A stretch of DNA of 64,000 nt from Ptychomitrium polyphyllum. Its lineage: Eukaryota. The notes under the pieces are model-generated. The model saw nothing but the letters and a program-made list of their open reading frames with translations. It ran no database searches and was not told the DNA's origin. The position numbers were made by a program, and so were the translations under genes. Of the stretch, positions 52,575-64,000 are shown piece by piece (the first letter of the stretch is position 1; every line of letters begins with the position of its first letter). The stretch spans positions 16,058,001 to 16,122,000 of the forward strand of contig OZ316776.1 in NCBI GenBank assembly GCA_973851085.1, read 5' to 3'.

Positions 52575-55500
52575 TTAGCCGATAAGCTCACTGATGGGTG
52601 GCCGGTCCATGACCTTGGAGGCTTCACGAGCTGTCCTTGCTAGGTTTGGATCAATGTGAGGTAAGTGGGGAATCTGTAACCGCAGAAACCAAGACCATAC
52701 GTTCAGCTGATAATCTAAATGCTATAACATCGTGCCAAACGCATTATGCTCTCTGGATAGTCAATAGACAAACCGTGACCCAGTTGTCTTTTTTCACTGA
52801 AATGCCAGCAGTCTCATTATCATGCAATGACAATGGACCAACTTTCCAAACACCACTCGCTATATTTCTTGCTTAAAAGTTAAATCCATATTTTCTGGAA
52901 GCTCGTAAGGAAAAGAAATAAAGAATTCGTAAAAAAGATTTGTCATAAAAGACTTTACTTGTGCAAGGAGGTCAATAGACCGTCGGAGAAGACGAGCCAC
53001 ATCACCCTCGTCCATCTCACTGTCATCCATGAGCTCTTTCCACGATACTCCTACTGCCCATGCTTCCACCAAACCTGCAAAATCTGTGTTGATCTCCACA
53101 GGGATCTGCAAGAAAGTTTAAAAGCAGTGAAAGATCAATTTCTCATATATCCAGTGTCTCTACTTAACCTACTGTAGTGTTGAGACTACCGGTCCTTCAA
53201 CAGGACTTTTGGCATCGACAGCATAAAGTACTTACAGCAAGTCCATATTTAGTTTGCGTGCTGAGAAGCCACGAACGTGCTTCTTCCATTGACTCCGCCC
53301 ATTCGTTCACGTCACTTGATGCATCATAAATATTACTGCAACATGAACAAAACAAGTTAATAACTAAATAACTAAAGTAAAATCATCAATCTAAACAGGT
53401 TTGGGAAACCCACACAAATGAAATGTACCACTTAAAAAAATCTTTCAAATCCTTATATTTCAATTATTTTGGTAAATAATCGATGCTCTCACCAATACAC
53501 ACTAGTAGGATGTTGGGGTGGGGGGAGGAGTGGAAGAAATGACGCCCTTTTGAATGATGCCCTTCTACAATTTTCACGTGAAGATTATAGAAGGGCGCCA
53601 TTTCTTCACCCACCCCACCCCCCGCCATCCTACTAAGGATACTCAGGATAGAATTATGACCACCATTATCAGATTGTGTATTCGATTAGCAGTATTCTAA
53701 AAATTAAGTTGAGCAGGTCTTTGCAATTGTTCTATGCAAACGCATGCCACTTCCAGTATAGACTTCCCAACGATATAAATATCCCAACTCAGAGGCCAAC
53801 GGCTGATGCAGCAGAATATGCTCTTTAAAACTCATTCATTTCCAAGCAATGTACAAACACACAGTTTCATATTAACAGAAAGAAGTGTTGACATCAGAAA
53901 AATTGAATAGATCTACAACAAGGTAACCATATACCTTGAGGGGCCTTCCTTAGAACGTGATTTCATACCATCTGAAACCAGAGAAGCACAAGCAGCTGCA
54001 AGTTGAGAGGGTTCAAGAGAATTGAGGATGCCACCAGTAAATACAATGGCCAACCAGAGCTCATTGACTCCTCTCGCTGACGCAGCAACTTCGCCCAGCG
54101 GCATAAGCTCGTTGGATTCAGGTTGCAATGCCCCGGCTGCTTGCAGCACCTTCACGACCTGTCACACTCACAAATTGTTATGGAACAGAAAAACATGCAG
54201 AAAATAATTCAGGTCTGCGATTAGAAAGTATTAGCACTCCCTAAAAACCTTCTCAGCTAAAATAGTTATAGGGGACATACGTACAGGCGGAGGCTATACT
54301 ATAAGAGGTCATTTCAAGAGCTAGTTACTTATGCAGGAACTGCTTTGTCTTACTTGTAAAAACTCCTTCCACCCTGAAGGCTGCATCTTGCTAATACGAT
54401 TTTCAATACGGGAAGCTTTAGCTTTTGCGCGTTGTAGCTTGTCAAATCGCGATCTTTGCAGATCCACACATTTTCTTGATTCACGGTAGCCTTGTGTCGC
54501 TTTGAGCTTCTTCCGGAGTTTTGAAGCTTCCTTCCGTATGTCAGCTAACACCCTCTCAGCCTTTACAAGATCTACGGAAACCTGCAAGTTCTCCAAGGTC
54601 AAAATTAGTCAGGCCAGGTTACACCCAGCTCATGTAAGAGAAAGTGCTACATGGAAAGATTATATCACTGCAAGACTTCCTTCAAACCCACCGCTTCTAT
54701 ATTCTCCAAACACTGAAATGATGACATAATATCAATGCCTGAAAACATGTAAAAGCTTCCAACTGCCATTCATCATATTGTCCTCTAAGAAGAATCAGAG
54801 AGTAAGATTTAATACCTCGTAGGCACTAGAAAGCTGGCTCAACACAGGCACATGACAACCCCAAGCCCATGTATCTGTTGAGCTATCTGCAGACCAAACG
54901 CAACTGAGTGGACCTGATCCTGAGCGACCAAGATTTTCCCATTTCCAAATCCCTAACTGCACCTTCTTTTTCAATAATTCTTCTACAGGTCTGCCAGGTT
55001 CGCCAAAATTCGCCAAATTTATATGAACGCTCTTGACACTTCTCGCAGTAAACATGTACCACGAGTTGTCTGATCCCAAAGCTACGTAATGCCGAACATC
55101 AGAATCACCGTCATCTTCTCTGGAAGACTCATCATCCACGTTGCCCTTAAATTCTCCCGACCGGCTATTTTCGTTTGCCAACTGCCAAAAAGGCCAAACG
55201 AGGTCACGACTAACCATTCACCAGAGCATTCTGACAATCTCCCGTGATTTGGCTTCTTCCTATTCCACAAAAATGTTCAAGATTATTTAGCAATACAGGA
55301 GACCAATCAGAAGACTGGGAACAAAGTCACGAAGAAGCTTACCTTCATCAAGTCAGAGACAAATGGCGGGCGCGGAACATGGCCCACAAATAAAGCAGGG
55401 ACAAGGCGCTCATCGCCAGTGCGGTGCTCAAGGAAAGACAGGCAGAGAAAAGGTGGTTTTCCATTACTAGGTGCATCGAGCAAGGGCTGAACCATTAAAA

Positions 55501-58500
55501 CTCGCAGACGTTCAACTACGTCTCTTCGCTCTTTCATTAATCGCTTTGCTTCCTGTCAACATTGAAATCGCCCAATAAGACTGGGAAACTAAGCTTGTAG
55601 CAAAATAAGCCAACAACTGCGGTTCACAAAAGCAAAAGCTACCTTTGATTTTTCTTTGAGGGCAAGATACTCCTGTAATTCCCCTCGCGTGAGACGACCT
55701 TCTAGAACATCATCCTCTCTTGTGCATTCTTTTTCTAAGTACTGAATATCTTTCTGCAACCGAGCCAGTTGCTGCTTAGCGTCAACCATCACTTCACTTC
55801 CGACGTAATTACCAAAACTCTTTTCAATGAGTGCACGCGCCTCATCCAAACTCCTTGCCACCCTTATCATCTCACTTCCACCTGATTCTGGCGTGGTCTT
55901 TACTCTTGCTCCCTGCAAAAATATTATTTACAGCTCACTATGAATGCATTGAATCCTAGCAGGCTACAGAACACCATCAATTTATGGGAGATATCTTGAG
56001 GTAGACGGATACTTGTCGTTGGATAGAACTGCATGCACCTACATACTAGTGAAATTTAGAAGGATGCCCTTACTGCCAACAGATTGAGAGCCATGCCGTA
56101 GGTGGCCGTGAATTGCGAGACGAGGGGATCAGACCCTGCGAAAAGTAATTTGCAACAGTCTTCTGCACCTTCAAATGGTGTTTGCACCACTACTGTATGT
56201 CCTTGCTCGTCAATACCTCTTCGACCTGCCCTGCCGGCCATCTGCAGCATTGAATTTGCGCTTAACAGTTGGTGCCCATTATCGCCACGCTTGCTGAGTG
56301 AAGCTAGCACAGTCGTCCTGAAATCAACGTCATACGTGCCACCTATCTCAGAATTGCACATAGAAGTGTACAAATTAAACTGGAAGTCTAAGAGAATTGC
56401 CACAGAGAATTGAGCAATCCTCACAGATAGGATTTGATGCAAACATCTTGCACTTTGCCAACAAGACTTTAATTCGTTGCCAGAGGTGCACATATGCATA
56501 CCTAGCAGGCATGTTGATTCCGGCTGCGAGAGTCTCCGTTGCAAAGACCACTTTAATAAGACCTTGCTGAAAAAGCTCTTCAATAAAGGCCTTCCACGTT
56601 GGTAAGCAACCAGCGTGATGTGCAGCCACACCATGCAGTAGTGATTTCACTGCCACTTCGCGTACAGAATCTGGGTGCTGTTCCCGAAAAATCCCGAATG
56701 CAGTTTTTACTCGCCTCTGCTCCTCAACTGTCAACAGATCAGTTCCCTGACACGCATAAAAGAGAGTAATTTAGAGACTCAATGACAAACGCTAAATAGA
56801 ATCAGATGAACGACATTTTTGCAAACTTGCAAGATTAATCAAGATTCGCATTTAGCGAATCAGGAACTATTCACTACAGAAACATATAAATGGTCACAAT
56901 GCACAGTTATAATGTTGAAGCAGTTGAGTGTACAAGGAGTGTGGATATTACCAAAAGATAGTGTACAGCTAAATCACAGCCCCTGCGACTGAAGATGAAC
57001 CAAATAGCTGGAAGCATATCCCGTTCTTTCAACTGCTGCAGTGTATCCCTAATTTGCGGAATCTGCTTAAACCAAGCCAGAAGAAAGTTACACAATATTC
57101 CAAACGGCAGCTCTCAATGGGTGTGTTGATGGAGGTCACTGTAAGATAATATTACACTCATCATCCGTATTTTCACATGAAATCATGAGTGAAGAACAAA
57201 TTCGAAGGTAAACGTTACAGTTAAACACACTAAATGACATTTATGTTTCTGTAAATGTGTCACCTTGTGAAGTAACCCCAGCTTTTACACCTAGAACTTG
57301 AAAACGTTCTTGTTAATGATGACCACTCCTGTATCTACCTCTCTAATATAATTATTTTAGGAGAAACTTGAGAACATGGCTCAAAATATCAACTTGAAAC
57401 TCTCAGTTCTAGCATTAGCAACTCACGAATCAGGGATCGATTTCAGAAGAGTTCTTGCCACTCAAGCAAGCCTGAACAAAAGAACATTACCAAAGGCATA
57501 GGTCGAAGCACGAAGAACTTGAGATGCTGTTATACCTGTCTGCGTCGAAGAAACTGAACCTCCTCGTCAGGCATACGCTCTTCCGTTTGGCCCCACCCAG
57601 CTGATCGCCGCTTATTTTCACTGCGAACATCAAGTTCCTTGGAGCCTTTGCCAGCTCTGAGAAGTTTTCGCTGCTTCCTCCGAGGTGAATCCGATAATTC
57701 ATCCCAGAATGGATCAGGCTCTCTCTCGCGCTCAGTCCTCCTGAGGTTCAATCTCCTGCAGAAGAAAACATATCTCATGGTTGGAGGATCAAAAAAGAGG
57801 GACCGTACCATCTATGTGCGTACAACATGACCAAAACCAGTCAGCACTAAACAAAGCTGCAATAATTGACCCTCAAGAAGTTCAGATAAAATACAGGCAT
57901 TTATAATGTAAAGGTTAAAGATCGTCAATAAGCACAACTCATAATAATATCAGGTCTTCCGATCAAAATTTGAGATACAAAGACCAGACAAGACTGAACG
58001 CCTCACCAGTTCATTTCATTCCCTTGCTCGTTTAAGAGTGGATGAAGTGAGTAGCGTGTAGAAAAATGCCAAACAAGCGGAACAGGTCTTCTTAATGATG
58101 TCACAAGTTCGGTAGGGCCATGCACCTGACCATACAATATAGAATCATCTTCACCTTTTATAGCCCAAGTATGGCATTCAAGGAGAAAACCTCTGAGATT
58201 TCCCACTCGTGAGATTCCCATACTGTGCAAAATCTTATTGCACTACGACAGAGGTTGCCACTTCTAGAAATCAAGTTTTTAGTATATCAAAGAAATGAGC
58301 AGGTGACCACACAGAAGGTCGGCAAACATCTTAAAATTCCTAATGCGTATCACCACTCCTGGAAATTTGAAATACTACAAATCTGGTCAAATGATACGAC
58401 ATGGTATAAAAGCCTTAGACGCACCTGAGCGATCCAACCAGCAAGCTCCTCTGGATTCGCAACAGTAGCTGACAGACAAATCAGCTGCACTTTTTTGGGG

Positions 58501-60322
58501 CAGTAAATGACCTGCTCAACAAGAATGCCAAAATGAGATAGAAGTGAAACTCCCTCATGAATGCACTTGAATTCTTTGATAATCTATACTTGCAACAACT
58601 GAGTAAGAATGGCACAATCAACGGGAAAAGTTACAACAATGGCAAAGCTGAATGTAGATGACTAGTTGGGTGTTGAAGAGTACCGTTTCTTCCCATACAG
58701 TACCACGGGAAATGTCACTAAGATAATGTACTTCGTCCAGTACTACAACATCCACATTCATAAGACGACCACCTTCCTCCAAGCTTCCGACACTGCAAGC
58801 GCCATAATCTTAAGTATAATGAGATTTCTCTTAAAAATGCCAGGAAATATGTAACATTAACCTATTAGTGCAGATAATTCAAGAAAACTAGTTCGCTGTT
58901 GCTTCGTGACAGGTCCCCATAACATCGCATCTCGTCCTACGCTTCCAAAACTGAAATTCAGATTCTGCAACCTAAAACCCTAAACCCTGAGGTCTAGATA
59001 TAACGTTTCCTCCAATACCACACCTTTGGTAGAGCATGTTGCGCAGAATCTCCGTGGTCATAATCAATATAGGAGCATCCCTGTTCACAGCAGCGTCCCC
59101 TGTGAGCAGCCCTACATTCTCCTCTCCAAAAAGCTCCCTGCAAAACCCAATGTAACAGATTCAATCAATTTTCCGTTTGCACGCACCATTTTACGCAAAT
59201 GTCAATGACCGTCCGTGTTGCAGAGACCACGCAACACAAGAAAACCATGCAGCTATCCATGAGAAGAACAGACATTGCGAAACGAGGATGCTAGGCGTAG
59301 GCTGAAAACGAGAATGCACCGGAAATCACGAAGTTTTTGATTCGACAATGCCTTGAGGGGTGTAGTGTAAAACAAACGTTTTCCTCTTGCAATTGTGGCT
59401 GCAGCAGCGGCCTCAGCAACAAGAGTCTTACCACTACTAGTTGGTGCACACACCACCAAAGATGATCCTTTCAAAAAGCCTTCAATGGACATCCTCTGCA
59501 GAGAAACGACAAAACATCTAGTGAGTTCCACATCTCCTCCACCTTCAGGGGATTGACACATTCAACTAAAACATAGACCTTAAAAAAAGAAAAAAACAGA
59601 AGAGGAAACCATTGCTGTAAAGATAGCAACGCGAAGCTTCAGACCTGGAACTTGTCAAATTGAAAGGCATAGAGACCAGCAATGTCACCAGCCGTCACGG
59701 TGCGGTCGCCGCTCGCTTGCACCCTTACGCAAAGCTCCTTCAGCCTTTCCCTATCTTTACCGCTCTCCTCCCTGCCTTCAGAAGCAACCTTGATCACCCC
59801 AGTTGCTTCTGCATCTTCCTCATTATCTTCAAATTCACCTTCAATATCATCAAACTCATCTTCGTCCTCATCAAAATAAACACCATCGTCCTCCTCATCA
59901 CTCTCCGACTCATCAAGCTCCTCCTGCTCCCCCTCGTCCCTGCCAATCATACGCCTGACTTCTGACATCCTAAGATTCTCCAGCAACGGAACTGAAACCA
60001 CCTCGTCTTTGCTGGTGCTCAAGTTCGAGTTGTTGCTGGAGGATCCCACCGAGAACGCCAATTTCCCTCTCTGGGCCCATTCCAGAGGCTGAAGCCCTAA
60101 ATTCCTACTCCATATCGGACCCCCCACAATGCCTTCTCGACAAAAAACTCTGCACAGAGGGGGGAAGATTCGGCGAGCCCTGGATAACGATCTCTGCACA
60201 TGATAACCTCGCAAAAAATTCGGCCCATGAATGAATGGCGAAAGCAGAGCAGGCCGGCATGCTGAGCAGTTGAGGATATTGAAGTGAGACGCCGGAGCCA
60301 CCCATGGCAGAGCTGACGACAT
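52575..60322 (-). CDS. ISE2: Chloroplast DExH-box (DEVH) Ski2-like RNA helicase, ISE2/DExH15 orthologue, about 1248 aa
   Basis: Eighteen exons in frame (3747 nt): 60322-59645, 59495-59320, 59137-59024, 58792-58684, 58511-58425, 58125-58007, 57755-57536, 57062-56952, 56746-56502, 56317-56074, 55912-55643, 55552-55343, 55181-54816, 54581-54354, 54158-53935, 53335-53236, 53105-52959, 52673-52575. Motifs [78 protein letters not shown] and a DSHCT-like [19 protein letters not shown]...[10 protein letters not shown]-terminal transit peptide plus an acidic tract. Confidence 0.95.
53503..53635. mobile_element. Palindromic MITE-like element inside ISE2 intron 15
   Basis: Perfect 10-bp terminal inverted repeat TAGTAGGATG/CATCCTACTA. 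G-rich and C-rich arms, GAAGAAATG.CGCCCTT/AAGGGCG.CATTTCTTC, and a central palindrome around CACGTG. Both ends are TA. Confidence 0.7.
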
Positions 60323-61988
60323 CACCACGGCCTGCCTCAACTACAAACAGACTTGACTGTCCACTTCTCTCCCATAAACATCACAAAGCGCCAACGCCTT
60401 TGAGGGAATGCCCCTGCACATCAGTGAGCCTGCAAACCTCAAACCTCGGAACGAATCGCATCACAAAACCGATGCCATAAACAGTGCACCTTCACAACTG
60501 GAATGAAATCTTCAAACCCGGACTCTCAGGTTCACTCATCAGCACGCAAGCATCCCTCACCCAACCTGCACAAACTAGAAACCATCCTGTTTCCAAAACT
60601 GGCAGCTTCGCATTGCAAAATAAGCTTTCAACTGCTTAGTACCATCCCAACCGCGTCCCAGGCAGACAGAATGCAAAAGTGTGAAACTGAAACTGGGAGC
60701 CCTGCTTCAGGATCGACGCTGGTGGGATAAGAAAGTTCACCTGCTCAAAGGTAGGGGCTAACACACCAATCCTTGCAGCTGTATGGCACCAAGCGAAGGG
60801 AGATGTATTGTCCTCTGTGAGTGACAGCCCAGATGGAAGTATGTGTGTGCAGTGGTGATACGGTGCAACGTGTAGTATGTTGGATGTTGTAGTGTTGTAT
60901 GTTGGATGTTGTGCGTTCTGAGGTCAAGGAAGCACATGAACATGGTGGTTGGGGAGGGGAAGGGGAGGGATTGGCGGAGGCACAGCTGCACCGCAGCACC
61001 GAAGAGACGTGAGGCTGCACTGCACTATACTCCACCAGACTGCAAAATCAAACGAGAAAGAGAAATCATCCAAAGGTGGGAGCTTTATCCACTTCATGCC
61101 ACCTCACCCTCACACTCACACTCACGCTCTCTGTCACTTTCGATGCCCTTCCACTGCGCAGTAGCTGAGGTCCAGCCGCTCATTGCCGCTGAGGTGCCGC
61201 CGCCAACCCCTCCACACCGCACTATTCAGAGTCCTAAAATTGCTATTTTGTCTCATTATAATGAATATGGTGTTATTACATTTAGCCACCAAACTTTTGT
61301 CTATAGTGAAGGTAGTAATGGACTTGTAAAAGGTGATAATGGACTAAATTTGGATGTAAATGGGATTATGAGATGGCCCTAAAGAAAGTACATGGTATAC
61401 ACTAGCTTGGTGCATGGTGGTGATTGAATGGAATTTTGGATGATTGTGCATTCATTATGTGGTGATTACTAATAATTATTTGAATGAATATTAGTTGATT
61501 TTGAATTTAAATATAAAAAACTTAAGTTTTCAAATTATAAAGTAGCACTTTAAAATCAAGGTCAAAACCTTAGTGTTAGTAATTTGATTTTTTGAGTTAT
61601 TATCATTACAATGCAGTTAAATTTCTTAATTTGAACTTTAATGCATGATATCTAAATAATAATATTCGTTTGAATAGTGTAAGTGTTAATTAAATACCAG
61701 AGATGAAACTTTTATAAAAATAATACAAGTATACCAACAGAAAGATTTTACTACCTTAGTACAAACACATATCTATGTTTCGAAAAGATTTTACCATCTA
61801 GGATATTGACGAATGTAGAAATGTATAGCTCCACTAGAATGTTTAAACACACCCTAGTCAGTATTAGCACCTTCCTAGAACATAAAAAATTAATCTCCTG
61901 TCGTGGACGTGGATGACGTGGATGCGTCGAACGTTCTCCGCAGCCACGTCAGTGAAACGAATTCGCGGGCCTGGTCGCCCCCGGTTCA

Positions 61989-62279
61989 CCCCACCCCTGC
62001 CCCACCCTGCCCCACCCTGCCCCACCGTGCCCCACCCAAGCCTACCCCACCCGAGGCCCCCGCCACGCTTGATCCTCTCCGTCGTGGACGGAAGGCCAGG
62101 ATTTCGTCCTCCCCAAACTGCCCACTTTCCCCTCCAGTCGTCCCCTACTACCCTCCAGTCGCCCCCAACTGCCCTCCAGTCGCCCCCCACTGCCCTCCAG
62201 TTGCCCCCAACTGCCCTCTAGTCGCCCCCCACTGCCCTCCAGTCGCCCCCCACTGCCCTCCAGTCGCCCCCCACTGCCC
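61989..62279. repeat. GC-rich minisatellites: about 4x CCCCACCCTG and about 7x 21-bp CCCTCCAGTCGCCCCCCACTG
   Basis: Directly visible tandem units at about 61989-62030 and 62130-62279. They generate the Pro-rich and Gly-rich ORFs in the ORF track. Confidence 0.9.
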
Positions 62280-62551
62280 ACCCTCTGCACCAATACCGAC
62301 AGACAGACAGACACACTTCCTGCTGTGGCCCCGCATGTGCCCCCTTATGGGGCCCCCATGAGTGTCCCGCTCCTCCTTCTAGATTCTATAAAGCCCTTAC
62401 GGAGAGCATTTCAACGACCTCCTGTTTGTCCATGCAGTGCCTCCCTTCTCCAGTCTTGGAAAGGGTGATTTCCTAGCCCCTCTCTCTTGTGTTTCGTGAG
62501 GTGGGGAGGTGAGCTTGGGTGAGGTGTGTTGTAACACGAGGTGGCTGATAC

Positions 62552-63248
62552 ATGGCGACTGGAAGCGCGGGGGGCAGTGCAGAGGTGGCTGGGGAGAGAG
62601 CAGCTGGGTATGTATGGGTTTGAATGGGTGTGTGCTCGGTAGCTGCACAGCTTGATGGTTCAAGTGTTGTGTGTTTTAGTGATTGACTGTGTGATGTGGT
62701 TGGGATTGCTGGAGTGGTTGGGGGATCCGGCTCTTGATGGTGAACAGGGGTGTGAGATGTGAGGTTGGGACTTGCAATGTGTAGTTCTGTTGCTGTGCTT
62801 TGAAAGTTTTGAGTGAAAGTAATATTGTCTCTAAAAAATTGTCTAGTCTGTTTCCAGAGTCGCAAATCAAGGTCTCCGTCCGGTAAGGCAACAACAAGGT
62901 CTTGCGAGCGTGGTGGCTCCGGTGCAGCGCCAGGTGCCAGATTTGATGTCGTTCTTGCCCGACGCGACGACAGCCAACACCCATCTGCTGATCGTCTGGC
63001 CCGCACTGGAATATGTTGAAAATGATGTAACTCAGTAGGATGCTCCTGGTCGACTTTCCGGTGTGTATATGACTTCTGTATGTAAAGCACTGCTGCATTC
63101 AACAAACCGCTCTTTCGAAGGTGACTGGCAGAATGCATGGGTGGACGCTTTCTTTGTTCGGAGTGTTTGCTGGCGGCCCCGTACACATGTGCATTCCGAT
63201 CACCGGCGGTGCTCACGGTCGAAGCCAACAGGATCTACTGTAAATTGA
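62552..63248 (+). other. Putative two-exon gene or pseudogene of unknown family, with an internal TAG at 63036-63038
   Basis: TATAAA near 62387. Exon 62552-62607 (MATGSAGGSAEVAGERAA, donor GG|GTATGT) joins in phase to acceptor ttccag|A at 62858. This gives 78 aa up to the TAG, and the same frame stays open to the TGA at 63248. Confidence 0.35.
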
Positions 63249-63437
63249 ACCTTTGTCTATATTTTGTACACGAAGTTTGTCTCAATCCGAAGGTGGTCGC
63301 ATCTTTCACTAATTGAAAGTAGTGAGAGTTCTGCCCCGAGTACATTTTGTGTATGTAAAGAAAGATCTTCTCAACCAAGATGCTAGTTTCTGGGGAATCG
63401 TCAGGTTCCTTTCAGTACTGTATGCGATTTCAGTGCT

Positions 63438-63853
63438 CTATTTCAATGAAAGGTTGTGCCATTTCTGCAACAACAAACGTTCACATGACTTATAGAATAC
63501 AGTTGTTTTTGGTGGTGATTGCTTGGATTCTTGATATCGTCGTGTGGAATTGCGTTTCAGTTCAGTTTTTTGCTTTGAACTTTTAATGCACTGTGCATTA
63601 TCTGCTTTGCTGTAATCGGTCTTGCTGCGTTCTTTTGAACCTTCAAAAGTTTCAGAAATGTTTGAGGGTTCAAAAGATCTACTTATATTGGCAACTACAC
63701 CATCCTGTAACAACACTTTCATGTTCGAGTCGGCTGGTTTATGGTCTGCATACAATACGTTATTGCCGTAGTGTTCTGCATCTTTCCACCAAAGCTTCAC
63801 AGATCGCTCCCATACAGCAACAAAATGATCCTTCTGCAAGATCATCCTCACTT
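63438..63853 (-). CDS. Possible terminal coding exon of a gene extending beyond the window
   Basis: Open frame of about 137 codons that begins right after a good acceptor (ctttaattccag|) at 63854. No family recognised. Confidence 0.25.
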
Positions 63854-64000
63854 CTGGAATTAAAGTTCGTGAGTGTCACAGGTAGTCAAAAATCTCCTCA
63901 AGAAAATAGAAGCCGCTAAAAATTTCAAAAACTCCAGAGATCCACCATTATTTGGTAGTGGTAGCGCCTACTAAGTTCACCATCTTATTTGCTGTACCCA

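Noticed and set aside
60391..60410. 12-nt identity to the miR477 core (TCCCTCAAAGGC, minus strand)
   Set aside because: Only about 14 of 20 positions match my recalled sequence, there is no convincing precursor, and it is sense to the ISE2 leader so not a target site. Compatible with chance.
61864..62361. Pro-rich extensin-like and Gly-rich ORFs
   Set aside because: Open in several frames on both strands because of the GC minisatellite. No signal peptide, and the plus-strand ORFs have no ATG start.

Overview
Intron-rich land-plant nuclear DNA. A moss or other bryophyte is most likely, inferred from gene content and intron style. Four intact protein genes could be assembled by hand with GT-AG introns and consistent exon phases: a plastid 2xGST_N/thioredoxin-fold protein (+, 12 exons), a DUF1499-like putative thylakoid-lumen protein (+, 4 exons), a VND/NST/SMB-related (VNS-type) NAC transcription factor (-, 3 exons) and the plastid Ski2-like DEVH RNA helicase ISE2 (-, 18 exons). 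There is also a tRNA-Gln(CUG) gene whose 3' flank is a 21-bp tandem array of T5 tracts. About 30 kb upstream of the NAC gene has no recognisable intact protein gene. It holds AT-rich repeat relics, CpG-rich islands and a miRNA-like hairpin. Less obvious items are a cryptic 9-exon gene of unknown family (3156-5598, -) with intact splice phases but one internal TGA, a second small spliced ORF with an internal TAG behind a GC-rich minisatellite, and a 133-bp palindromic MITE-like insertion in an ISE2 intron. No CRISPR array or intact transposase/pol ORF was seen. All family calls come from recalled motifs, not database searches.
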